A DNA stretch of 64,000 bases from a virus (lineage: Duplodnaviria; Caudoviricetes), in the IMG/VR virus record IMGVR_UViG_2854078061_000001, positions 32,001-96,000 of that record; one strand, written 5' to 3'. Positions 43,386-54,815 of the stretch are shown piece by piece; the first letter of the stretch is position 1; every line of letters starts with the position of its first letter. The position numbers were made by a program, and so were the translations under genes. The notes under the pieces are model-generated. The model did no database searches and was not told where the DNA came from. It saw only the letters and a program-made list of their open reading frames with translations.

Positions 43386-43529
43386 ATGGAAAACAAAAGC
43401 AAAACTTCTGTAAAACATCCAGAAACAAAAAGCAATCAAGAGCATATTCAAAAACGTAATGGAACTTACACATATTCTCCAAAGAATCAAAATCCAGGAA
43501 AGCCTAAAGAAAAAGTCAAACAGAGGTGA
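43386..43529 (+). CDS. small basic protein (47 aa; intron cargo)
   Basis: AAGGAG RBS; MENKSKTSVKHPE... Confidence 0.55.
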   Translation: MENKSKTSVKHPETKSNQEHIQKRNGTYTYSPKNQNPGKPKEKVKQR

Positions 43530-43538
43530 TTAAATGAC

Positions 43539-44120
43539 ATGAAAGAAATTATAGAATTCTTACCAGAACTTTTCGCATATTTTATTCCAGGTGCAATTAC
43601 ATTAACTATTTATAATTTTATATTTCTTAAAAAGCAAGACCACTCTGCTTTTATTTTCTGGGCAATTATAATTAGTTATATTGTAAAGATAGTAGTAGAC
43701 GCTTGTGCCATAACACGATTCAATGGGGCTATTTATGTCGTTATTTGTACGATGCTGCCATTTATTTTGTATGGACTACAGAGAATCGGATTGATTGATC
43801 GACTGTTTTCATATCTCAGACTATCTGATATTCAAAATATTTGGCTTTCAACATTAGATCTTGATGGTTGCAATTACGTCATCGTTTATTTATCTGATGG
43901 TCGTGCGTATTGTGGACTTATCCATCAAGCTGACGATGATTGGCTAATCCTTACTAATTACAATAGTGTCCTAGCAAAAAAAACAGACGAAAACTCAAAA
44001 TCTAAAGATGACGAGCCATGCGACCAGATTCTCTGTATTCCAATGTCAAATATTGAGTGTTTTGAAATGGCTTACGACGATGGCTCTCCAAAAATCAAAG
44101 AATTTTATCCATTTGACTGA
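43539..44120 (+). CDS. membrane protein, DUF6338-like (intron cargo)
   Basis: YFIPG motif; three TM segments; C-terminal Sm-like beta domain (VIVYLSDGRAYCGLI). Confidence 0.75.
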   Translation: MKEIIEFLPELFAYFIPGAITLTIYNFIFLKKQDHSAFIFWAIIISYIVKIVVDACAITRFNGAIYVVICTMLPFILYGLQRIGLIDRLFSYLRLSDIQNIWLSTLDLDGCNYVIVYLSDGRAYCGLIHQADDDWLILTNYNSVLAKKTDENSKSKDDEPCDQILCIPMSNIECFEMAYDDGSPKIKEFYPFD

Positions 44121-44123
44121 ATG

Positions 44124-44164
44124 AAAAACACCTAGAACTGACGAGGTTCCGGGTGTTTTATTTA
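44124..44164. terminator. bidirectional terminator between convergent cargo genes
   Basis: AAAAACACC...GGTGTTTTATTT hairpin. Confidence 0.65.
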
Positions 44165-44186
44165 TGCCATACGAGTTAGACACGTC

Positions 44187-44630
44187 TTACCATTCATACC
44201 CACAATTCTTACACTTGAACTGATGACGCACTTTACTAGAGAAGACACCGAACAGAGCGAACGACACTGCTTTGGATGTACCGGAAATTTTTTCGATATC
44301 AGGTGATCCACAAGTCGGGCACTTTGGAACGTACTTCGGGGTCGGCTTCTTTTCTGGCGGCTTACTCCCCTGCTCTGCGAGATATTTACGAATCTGGGCA
44401 TCTTCTTTGTCAAATTCATCAATCCATTCAGGATGATTCCCTGGTCCATACATTGGTTTATATTCTTTTGGCTGTTTCATTTTCGATAAAATTTCAGCTT
44501 TCCCCTCATCATTCGCTTTTATCCATTTTTTATAATCAGTCAACAAACATCCACAATGGTAACATACAAACTTCGGCCAGTATGCCAATCTTCCGCAATG
44601 CGGACAGACTTCAATTGTTTTGTCATCCAT
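44187..44630 (-). CDS. zinc-ribbon protein (147 aa; intron cargo, antisense)
   Basis: Four CxxC motifs; PKCPTCGS...FKCKNCGYEW; GAGGAG RBS. Confidence 0.8.
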   Translation of the reverse strand: MDDKTIEVCPHCGRLAYWPKFVCYHCGCLLTDYKKWIKANDEGKAEILSKMKQPKEYKPMYGPGNHPEWIDEFDKEDAQIRKYLAEQGSKPPEKKPTPKYVPKCPTCGSPDIEKISGTSKAVSFALFGVFSSKVRHQFKCKNCGYEW

Positions 44631-44656
44631 AAATTCTTTTCTCCTCAAGAAAACCG

Positions 44657-47600
44657 ATATTATCTTTCCTGACAGCTTATTCCGTTGATAAAGACGGCAA
44701 TACTGTTGGTGGATTAAAACAGTTGACATCTTCCGCTAAAAATCTTGTAACACAACTAAAGAAAACTTTCACTACTGTATCTGTTGGCTATAAGAATTTT
44801 AAAGATATGGACGAAGCTGTTCGTGGCAGTGGTTCTTCTTTCTCTGATTATATCAGATGGGCATCAGAAAGTGAAGAGGCAACTGAAGCTTTTGGTCTTG
44901 CAACCTTGTACGCTAAAGCTCGTGTTATTGCACTCAATATGGCCGTAGGTGCTGGCATTGGTTTAGTAGTTTCTTATTTCTCAAAGAAAATTATCGAAGC
45001 AGCGCAACGTACAGATAAACTCGCAGAATCTTCCAAAGAAGCAGCAGATGCTGCAACCAACACAAAAACTTCTTTGAAAGAACTCGCAGATGAATATGAA
45101 AATCTTGGAGATAAATCGACCTAGGACACTGATAGTTATGACAAAGCGAAAGGCATTCAGGAACAAATTCTTCAACTCGCTAAAGATCAGGGTACATTAG
45201 ACGAAGATAAAGTCAACAAAATTGATCTTCAAAATGGTAAATACGAAAATCAACTTGCTGTTTTGAAAAAAATTCGTGAAGAGCAAGTTCGTGCTTCTAC
45301 TGATGACTATGAAGATGATAAGAGAAGGCAAGGCCAGAAATTAGTTAGCGATGCAAAAAGCGCTGTTGACGGTGGCTATGTTTTAACTTCGTCTTTTGAT
45401 CACGATATGGCTGAAGATTTACAGGCTCAAGGTTTCAACCTCTTTAAAGGTATTAGTAATAACTCACTAGTCATCGGTCCCGAAGATCCAAATGATCCTC
45501 AGTCGGTTCTTGACTGGTATGACGATCTTACCGAAGCCTTAAAAGTATTGAGAAAGCAATATTCTGATGCTGACCTTGAAGAGAAAGGTATCTATGAAGG
45601 CTTGTACAATATTCTTTCCGCTCAAAAAGAAGCGTTGGATGATCAGGTTGCTGCTTACAGAAATTCCGCTGATGTTCTGAAGAAGAATAAAGAAGAAGTT
45701 GGTAAATACGATCTTTCTAATGATCTTTCTGCAAGTAAAAACTTCCGTGACAATCCGCAGCCTCTGTCCGATTCTGAAGAAGCCAAAATTGATTCAAAAA
45801 TCCAAAAGACGAAAGAGTATAAGGACGCAGTCGAAGAAGCCCAGGAAACAGAAGCCAAGTGGGAATCTGGCGGTTTCAATAAGTATGGCAACGTTGATAA
45901 TTTCAACCGTGATAAGATTGACTGGACCAAAGAGAATCTCGAAAAGTATAAAGATTTTGTTGCTGAGCAAAACAAATTCAACCCTGGCGAAATAGAAGAA
46001 GGTGGATACTCCACTGTTCTCGGCGTATACGACAATCTTTATAGAGAAAGCCCCGAAATGCCGCTCATGGCTTACACTCCGATGCTTCAGACTGAAGATG
46101 GCCTTGTTCCGCTTACCGAAGATCAGGTGCGCAGCTATATTGAGACTATTGCAGAGAAGTGCTGGACAGAAGATGACACCATTGACCTCGACAAGTTAAT
46201 GAAGCTTGATGCTACCGGACTTGAGCGAGACATCAATGGTGAGATGATTCGTGTCAAAGGCATGATTGCAGGTGTTGAGGGCGGCACTGGTTCTGATGGT
46301 AAAAAGCTCACAAAAGCGGATATCATGGCTATCTCTGGTTCAAGCAATGACGAAATTGCTCAAGAACTGTATGGTGGGGAAATGGGCGATTATTCTGGCA
46401 TGGGCTGGTTGAGTAAATATATTGGTCGTTCTATGCATGACGCTCAGGCTGTTGCCCAAGAAGGTAAGGATAATATTGAATCGATATATGACAGTCTATA
46501 TGATAACCTTGCATATGGGAACGATATTACCACTAAGAATCAACTCTCAAATGATTTACAAGGTGCTTTTGATGATATTGCCGAATCTCTTGGTAAAGAC
46601 TCTCGTGCAATGACAGTATCTGATGTTGTTGGTCTTACTGCCGATGATGTAGAATTAACTGACGAACAGGCCGCAGCTATCAATACTCTTACAGAGGCAG
46701 CCACGAAATACAAGACTTCTATTCAGGGTGTGGCTGAAGCTGGCGAAGAAAATGGTATGTTTGGTGGTATCGAAAATGCCGTAAATGGCGTATCGTCTGC
46801 TATTCAACAGATGGAAACCATCTCTCAGAATATAGACAACATCCAATCTGCATATAAGGCTTGCACAACCGCTATGGACGAATATAACAAGTATGGTTAT
46901 ATGAGTGCAGACGCTTTGCAGGGTCTCTTGAGCATGAATGACGAGTATCTTGCATGTCTGGATGTTGTAGATGGAAAGTTAAAGATCAACAACGAACGTT
47001 ATGCTGATCTAATTGTTGCGCAGTATACCGAAGCTGAGGCAACCGCAATCGATCAAGCCATGAACGAACTCAATGCGCTTCAAAAGGAAGATGCTAAGAA
47101 GAAAACCGAGGATTTAACGACCGCCACCGAAGAGCAGCAGACCGCCCTTGAAAATGCCGTACCCGCTATCCAAAATGCAACAACCGCTACCGGTGACTTA
47201 GCTATCGCTCTGGCGACCGCACAAGGAGCAGCCGAAGGCGATGACGCAATGCAGGCGAAAATTGACACAATAACAGCCGCATTGAATACTCGTCTGACCG
47301 CTATTCATAGTAATATGCAGACTGCTATTAAAGGCGGAAAAGAGCTTAAAAACCAACTTAATGGATTTAACAAAACAAATAAAGGATCAAGCTCCAAGTC
47401 TGTAACAGATGCTGCATCCGCATTCGATACACTGACAAAAGCCATGAAGGAATATAACCAGTATGGCTATATCACTGTCGAAACCATGAAGTCTCTTATG
47501 ACTTTGGAAGATAAATTTACGTCTTGCTTAGTAAAAAATGGAGACCATTTAGAAATCAATGCAAATGCGTTTAGAAAGTTAGTAGAAAATCAATTAAAGG

Positions 47601-50600
47601 AAGAAGAGGCGAACGGGAAAGCGTCTAAGAAGGCAACCGAATTGTCTCGAATCCTTTCGTATTTGGATAAAAATGTTCACTCTTCTACAATTACATTTGA
47701 ACAGCTTACGGATGCGATTAAAGGATATGGTTCTGCTCTTTCTGATGCTAAAGCTGTAACAGATGACTTTAAGGGTGTTTGGGACAACGGAAAAGTAGTC
47801 AAGGAAAAGACAAAAAAGAGCCGTACTGGTGCTCTGGATTATGAAGGCACTGAAGCTCAAAGTGCCGCGCTGCAATCCATTAAAAAGTATAGTGAATATG
47901 ATCCGGATCTGATCAATAAAGCCTACAATAAAGATACTGGTAAAATCGACCTAAGTGGTGATGTGTTAAAGGATGCAGTCGTTAAATCTTTGGAACAACA
48001 GGCAAAAGCCGCCAGAGATGAGAACAACGCGGCTGCCAATGCAATTGCTGATAGTTATGAAACTGCTGCCAATAATATCAAGAACAACGTTATTTCTGTT
48101 CAAGACTACTTCGACGGACTGGGTTCTACGGTTGAAGAGTTTAGCTCCAAGATCGACGATATGCAGAACGCATGGACCGATTTGAGCGATGTCACAAACG
48201 AGTATAACACTTACGGCGGTTTGAGCATTGACAGTATTCAGAAACTGCTTACAATGTCTCCCGAGTATCTGCAGTTCCTCAAATTGGAGGGCAACCAGCT
48301 CGTCTTTAATAAAGAAGCGATGCTGGCAAAAACCAAGGCCGACATTCTGGCAAAGGCTGCAGAGCTCGAACTAAAAGATGAGACCAAAGATCAAGCAGAG
48401 ATTCTACGTGCGTTGGCGGATTCTCTTGATAAGGGCGCAGATTCGATGGAGGGCATGGGCAAATCGGCTGACAAGCTGAAGACCCTGATGTCCCAACTGA
48501 ACACTGTTTTGAATTCTTTTATCGGTGTTTTTGATGACTTGAACGACAAACAGTCCAACGACCTCAAGATTCAGGGTGAAGCTTGGATCGATGTTATTGA
48601 CAAGCGTATTGACGCACTCAATGAAGAAAACGATGCACAGGAGCGATCAATCGAACTGGCAAAACTTCAGGATGAATACGAGCGTGCAAAGGCCAATAAG
48701 ACTGTTCATGTATATGGCGGCAGAGGTCAAGGTTTTGTATGGAAAGCAGATGAAAATGCCGTTCGTGAAGCTGGGAAAAACCTATCTGACAAGCAGCGTG
48801 AATATAAGAAGAAAGATGAAATTGACAAGCTGGAAAAGCTCAAAGATAAAGTTCAGGAAACCAATAATCTTATTGGCACCAGCTGGGATGATTATCAGAA
48901 GAAGCTGAAATACACAGCCGAGTTCGAGGCTATGACATTTGAGCAGATGGAAGGTCACTATGACGGTTTCAAGAGTAGTGTCCTTAACAATATGCAGGCC
49001 ATTCAGGGCGCGACAAACGTCAAGAATGTTATCACTGATATTTCCAATTTGATCTCTACTTTGGAGACACTGGCGAATATTTTGAACATTCTTAATGGCG
49101 GAAGTGGTGACGGCGGCGGAGTCTTTGGCTTCATCAACCAAATCAAGAACATGTTCACTGGCGAAAACGGTGATTTTGATCTGGGTGGTGGCTTTAAGAA
49201 GATGTTCGATGGAGCTGCTAAGGTGGTTTCTGACGGTTGGAACTGGATCACTGGTAAGAACAGGGCTGGTTCTGCCGCACTAAAATCAGACACCACTGCG
49301 ACATTGGATATCCTTGGCAACACAATAAAGGTGAATACCGGCGATATTCAGCGTGTATCTGGTGGATTCTTTGAGAGACTAGTTGGTGCTGCGAAAGACA
49401 ATCTTGGCAGTATCGGTAAGTTCTTCTCAGGTGCATAGACATCTATCTCTGAGAAAACCGGATTGATGTTTACTGATATTGGCTCGTTCTTCACAGAAGG
49501 ATTTGGCCTGTTGAACAGTCAGACAGGACTTGGTCTTGGTGGCATTGTTGAGACCGTCGGAAGTATGTTTGGCCCAATTGCGGCTGGAGCACAGTCTATC
49601 GGTAGTGCCATCTCGTCTGGCGTTGTAAGCTTCTTCCCTTCTATCTTCGCCGGACTTGGTACTCTGGTGACTAGCGTTGGCAGTGCAATGGCCGCTATGA
49701 TGCAAGCGATTGCTGCTGCTCTTTCTTCCATTCCTATCGCTGGTTGGATTGCTGCCGCCGCAGCTGTTGCAGGTGCAGTTGCTCTAATTGCTACGATTGC
49801 TTCGATTGCAAGTAATGTTTCCAATACACAGGTTGATGAACCTACTCCCGCATTCCAAGCAAAGAAATATGCAAAGGGTACTCGTGGCGTTAAGAAGAGC
49901 CAGATTGCAAACGTTGATGAAAAGGGCGAAGAGCTGATTGTTCGTAACCCAGACCAGGGACGCATGACCTACCTTGAAAAGGGCGACGGTGTTATTCCTG
50001 CAAAGGAAACCGACAACCTGATGGCGATTGGCGCTGACCCCGAGGGCTGGCTGGCAAAGGGCTTGGCCGAAGTGACTGGTAGTGCCGCAGCCGGTGCCGG
50101 TATGAGTGCCCAAGGTCCGAGCGCTCAGTTGAGTGGTGCTGCAGCTGCCGCAGCCGCTGGCGTTGGTTCGATTTTCAAGAGCGAGTATGACGAGATCCTT
50201 GGCGATACAACTGAGTTTATGTCTGGACTCTCTGACATCTTCAAGAAGAGTGATAATCCGATTATTGCCGCCGTTCAAAGCATGATTTATATGGCCACTA
50301 AGACTGTATATCGTATGTCTACGGTCGGTAAGATTAACTCTTCTAAGACAGTGACAGAATCCACCAGCAACACAAAGAAGGCGACCCAGAGCCAAATTTC
50401 GTCTATGACGAGCAACTTTGAGTCTAGCTGGAAATCTGTGGCTGGCGAGCTCGGTCTGGACACAAAGGATATTGAAGAAACCAGCAAAAAGATGTCTGAG
50501 AAGATGAATGAGCTGGTGAACAACACCTTTGATGCGCTGAACGAAAACACCGGCCTTAGCGCCGAGCAGGTTGAAGATGTCACCAACACGATGTTCGATT

Positions 50601-51751
50601 CGCTGCAAAAGATTTATACCAGCGGATGGAACAGCCTTGCTTCCACTTCCGGCGACATGTCTAAAGAGATTGCGGATAAGCTGAATGCGTCTTATAAGTC
50701 TTCTGTTGATAGCACAAATAAGGCCATGAACGAGATCTCCAAGGCATTCGGTCACAGCTGGAGTAAGGTTGGTGGCGGTGTAAAAACCCTGAGCACCAAT
50801 GTTCAAAAGACAATGGAGCAGGCATGGGCTGACACCAGCCAAGACACCCAGAAGCTGATGTACGATATGCGTGCGTGCTTTGACAATAGTTGGAGCATGA
50901 ATGAGGCTGGTGTAACTCATCTGGCAGACATGACTGAGCAGACCATTGGCGGTGCTTATGACGAGATCACCTCTGATGCCGCAAATACGTTTGGTAATGG
51001 CGGTTCTCTGTCCACTGAGACAGACAACGCATGGGCGAATGTTGAGCCTGGCGCAAAGGACATTAACACCAATCTGACATGGATGATGGACCAGTCTTAC
51101 AACGCCATCAAGGCTGGATGCGAAGCTGCCGTTACATCGATTAAAAACGATTTGGCGACCACAGGCGATGCATTTGAAGCTGTTGGTAAGAAGGCTGCTG
51201 ATACTTCTGCCGCAATCAGTGAAGCAAGTCAGAAAGCACAACAGAGCACACAGCAGAATACCGGTCCAAGCAAGGGCGTGACTGCCGCTGCTGGTGCGGG
51301 CATCGGCGCTGCCGTTGGTTCATTCCTTGGGCCTCTGGGTGCAATTGGCGGTGCTGCAATTGGCGGTTTCTTTGGCAGTCTGTTTGGCCATGCAAATGGT
51401 CTGAAGTCTGCTAAGTTCCCTCACATGGCTAATGTTGATGAGCAGGGTCCTGAGATGTTGGTTCGTAAGCCGGATTCCGGTCGGTATACTTATCTTGAGA
51501 CTGGCGATGGTGTTGTCCCTGCCGATATCACCTCTCGCCTATTCGAGATGGGCGGCAACCCGGATGCATGGTTCCAGAAGCAGATGACAAAGTACGGTTC
51601 TCAGCCGATTGTTCAGGGCGGCGGTGGAGATGTTACAACTTCGATTGGCGATATTATTATCACAAATCCCGTTGGCAGCTCTGATGCTCTGGCAAATGAA
51701 ATCAAACAGAAGTTACCGACTAAGGTTGCTCAAATGCAAAGTAAGCGGTAA
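44657..51751 (+). CDS. tail tape measure protein, exon 2 (2364 aa; internal TAG 45122 and 49436)
   Basis: One frame from 44657 to TAA 51751 apart from two TAGs; EYNxYG repeats, hydrophobic segments, AxG...NVDExGxE C-terminal motifs. Confidence 0.85.
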
Positions 51752-51765
51752 GTAATAGTTTTTAC

Positions 51766-51810
51766 AGCCGATACCACTAGGATAGCCTAGCAGGTCGGCT
51801 TTTATTTTTG
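51766..51810 (+). terminator. intrinsic terminator
   Basis: AGCCGA...TCGGCT hairpin followed by TTTATTTTT. Confidence 0.6.
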
Positions 51811-51825
51811 ATTAGGAGGAATAGG

Positions 51826-53046
51826 ATGGCAGATAAATCAGTAACTGATGTGCTGGCCGAAGTGGTGACTTCTGCCGCCGAACACGCCGTAAAGAACGCA
51901 AAATTTGACGTGTCCGCCTATGGAGTGATTACAGAAAAAGAAGACCAGCACTATAAAATCGCTGTATTCGGTGGCGAGTACGGCATTGTAACAAATCACG
52001 ACTACATTGTGGGCCAGAAGGTTGTTGTGACTGCATTGCAGGGCAACTTCCGTAACCTGATCGTATCGGAGAGTAATACCAGCGTTGAGATTTTGACAGT
52101 GAAATCTCTGGTGACCGGTGTTGATAGCTTGAACGCCGAGTTTGAGTCGATGAAAGACAAATCCCAGCAGACAGAAGATACTGTTCAGGATCAGCTGAAA
52201 AATACCATCAATACTTGGTACAGAAATGGTCATCCGCATACATACAACTATCCTGCTTCAGATTGGAAGACAGATGAAGAGAAACAAGCACACGTCAACG
52301 ACATCTACTATGATAAAAGGACTGGCATTTGCTATCGCTGGGTATATGATCAGGATAAGCGGCAGTATTTCTGGATGGAAATTGTGGATGCCGGTGTTAT
52401 CAATGCACTGTCGATGGCAACATCCGCACGAGATCTTGCGACAGAAAAAGTTCGTGTTTTTACTGACACACCGACTGCTCCATACGATGTGAATGATCTA
52501 TGGATTTATGGCGGTGTTGGTGGTGCATTGTATATCTGTATTACTGCGAGAGGTGAAACTGAAAAATGGACATTCAGCGACTGGGCTGTTGCGACAAAAT
52601 ACACGGATGACACTACTGCAAACGCAGCGGTTGAACGTGTTGGCGCTCTTGAGACAAAAGAAGCCGACGATGTAGCTAGTCTGTGGCGCTCGATGAATGG
52701 CTTTAATGATAATATTGGTGGTTTCACAAACAAAGATTATACCGCCACAAAGAAACAAGTATACGACAATAAAAGCAACATTGAGAAAAATGCTTCTGAT
52801 ATTACTTCGTTAAGGACAGACCTTGATGACGCAAAAACGGCTGAATCCAATCACTATCAAGATATGACACGCAAGATCTCGGCTGCAAATACCAACATCT
52901 CGACCCTGAAAACGAACGTATCAGATATCAATAAAACGATTTCAGAAATCACTGTTGACAATTTTCTGGCCGCACTGAATCTGGCTGTGAATACCAATGG
53001 TGAGCTTTGCTATATATCGAAGGATAATTCGGAGGTGATAACTTGA
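51826..53046 (+). CDS. tail/baseplate protein with C-terminal coiled coil
   Basis: AGGAGG RBS; RVFTDTPTAPYDVNDLW motif seen in Firmicutes phage tail proteins. Confidence 0.7.
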   Translation: MADKSVTDVLAEVVTSAAEHAVKNAKFDVSAYGVITEKEDQHYKIAVFGGEYGIVTNHDYIVGQKVVVTALQGNFRNLIVSESNTSVEILTVKSLVTGVDSLNAEFESMKDKSQQTEDTVQDQLKNTINTWYRNGHPHTYNYPASDWKTDEEKQAHVNDIYYDKRTGICYRWVYDQDKRQYFWMEIVDAGVINALSMATSARDLATEKVRVFTDTPTAPYDVNDLWIYGGVGGALYICITARGETEKWTFSDWAVATKYTDDTTANAAVERVGALETKEADDVASLWRSMNGFNDNIGGFTNKDYTATKKQVYDNKSNIEKNASDITSLRTDLDDAKTAESNHYQDMTRKISAANTNISTLKTNVSDINKTISEITVDNFLAALNLAVNTNGELCYISKDNSEVIT

Positions 53047-54815
53047 AACCAATTCTATCTAAAATCGGCGCATTTGATGCCACAAAGGATCATACATTTC
53101 AGTTTGCCGCATACGCAGACATTGATATCATTGCTCTTATCGTCTTCGATACTCCGACGGGCAGTATTTTGCAGGGTGATACGCTTTCAAAAGGCGTGTA
53201 TAAGTTTGGTACATTCCCTGCCGGTGGCACTGGTCTGGCACGATATTTTACAATTCCGGCAGGCACGTTTGAGAACCGCAAAGATCCGTATTATATGATC
53301 ATTCGCTGCCGACTGAAAGGCACGAATCTGTTTTCAGAATACTCTGACAAACTGTTGTTTTATTGTCACGAGGAACCAACAATCAAACTGAACGACCTGA
53401 GTTCCTCTGGCGTGACTACTATCCCCTACCCTTCTTATTCCTTTGAGTTCTCTTACAAGTATAAGGTATCGGAGGGTGAATCAGTCAATCGTTATGAATT
53501 TTGGCTCTATGATGCGAACCGCGAGCTGCTGAAAAAGTCAGTGAGCTACTATTATCGCGACTCATTGAAGGGGTTTCAGATCGATGGACTGGATAACCAT
53601 ACCCTGTACTATCTGAGAGCGACGGCAGAATCTGTTGGCGGCTATCAGCTGGACACTGGCTTACAGGCGTTCCGAACTGACTATCCAGAGTATGTGGATG
53701 ACGTAGAATTCACCGTGCAGAATAATTATCGTATGGCTAATATCAGTATGCACGCACAGTATTTCCTAACAAGAAGCAGTGGTGCAAATGCCCTGCGAAT
53801 CAAGCGGCGCAAGAAAGGCGCAGCAATCTGGACTTCGCTTTATCAGGAAGAGATCGACTTGAACCATGTCATTATGAAGATGGGCTGGTCGAACCTTCAC
53901 ATCAATAAAACGACTGGTCAGCCGATGGGTAACTATAAGGCAGTTACCTCGGATTATATCGACAAGAATCGAGTTCTTTCTTTCCAGTTCAAATCTGAGG
54001 ACAAAGCGTTCTGTCTGATTGCATATACCGCTGACCGCAAGTTCATCAAGGCATCAAGTGATTTTGCATCGACCGACGAATTCAGAAGTTCCAGCGAGTA
54101 CAAGGAGTGGTTCTCTGAGACCTTCTTGAACAACATGAAATACTATCGTGTTGAGGTATCGGCAACAAAGAATCAGGATTTGGAGCCAAAAGACTTCAAT
54201 GACTTTTATATGTACAGCGCTGACGATGGTTATGTGATGATTGACTACACCGACCTGTACGCCATTGGCCGCAAGACCGACTATGAGTACGCCGTAGCTC
54301 CAGTTGCAAATGGCATTGAGCTTGGTTATGCAAAGGCCAGCGTTGTAAGTGACTTTGATGGTGCTGTAATCACTGACGGCAATAAGACCTACCATATCTT
54401 CCTTGAACCAAAAGTTGACAGTGTTGAGAAGGTGCGTTCTGCTACAGTTGTTGAGACGATGGGAAGCAAATACCCGTATCTGTTTGCTGGCAGTGAAGCC
54501 AATTATTACAGCGGCCACTTCTCTGGTGTTGGCATCCGTTTTGATAACACAATGAAAGACTTTGATATCAATGGCGGCAATGCATTCCGTGATGAACTGA
54601 GCGAGTGGCTGACCAACGGCAGTGCGAAGCTACTGAAGATGTTTGATGGCCGCAGATGGCTAATGGGTGTCAATGGCAATGTGTCTATCTCCTGCTCTGA
54701 TCATTACGACAAGGGCGTATTGGAGTTCGACTTTGTGGAGCTCGGTGACGCAGAGAGTGAGAGCGACATGTATAACAATGGGCTGAGTGATTATCAGCCG
54801 GGAGGCAGCGTATGA
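53043..54815 (+). CDS. distal tail/baseplate protein with FN3-like domains
   Basis: Beta-rich; GLDNHTLYYL and YEYAVAPV FN3-like strands; C-terminal Dit-like region. Confidence 0.65.
   Translation: MKPILSKIGAFDATKDHTFQFAAYADIDIIALIVFDTPTGSILQGDTLSKGVYKFGTFPAGGTGLARYFTIPAGTFENRKDPYYMIIRCRLKGTNLFSEYSDKLLFYCHEEPTIKLNDLSSSGVTTIPYPSYSFEFSYKYKVSEGESVNRYEFWLYDANRELLKKSVSYYYRDSLKGFQIDGLDNHTLYYLRATAESVGGYQLDTGLQAFRTDYPEYVDDVEFTVQNNYRMANISMHAQYFLTRSSGANALRIKRRKKGAAIWTSLYQEEIDLNHVIMKMGWSNLHINKTTGQPMGNYKAVTSDYIDKNRVLSFQFKSEDKAFCLIAYTADRKFIKASSDFASTDEFRSSSEYKEWFSETFLNNMKYYRVEVSATKNQDLEPKDFNDFYMYSADDGYVMIDYTDLYAIGRKTDYEYAVAPVANGIELGYAKASVVSDFDGAVITDGNKTYHIFLEPKVDSVEKVRSATVVETMGSKYPYLFAGSEANYYSGHFSGVGIRFDNTMKDFDINGGNAFRDELSEWLTNGSAKLLKMFDGRRWLMGVNGNVSISCSDHYDKGVLEFDFVELGDAESESDMYNNGLSDYQPGGSV

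Larger units (their letters stand above)
42373..44656 (+). mobile_element. group I intron (2284 nt) carrying cargo genes
   Basis: P/Q/R/S core TGCTGGGAA (42454), TCAGCAGCC (42623), GTTCATCGACTA (42670), AAGGATAGTC (42707); P1 U.G pair; P10 complementarity; terminal G; splicing restores frame. Confidence 0.85.

Noticed and set aside
42373-44656. IStron or homing-endonuclease intron
   Set aside because: No TnpA/TnpB, HNH, GIY-YIG or LAGLIDADG motifs in the internal ORFs.
21453-49438. TAG = Gln (table 15), or pyrrolysine
   Set aside because: Contexts such as LT*NQAAELLN, IQK*EEEEPIP, KVI*AI and FSGA*TSI fit an aromatic residue; no pyl genes are visible. Needs alignment to be final.
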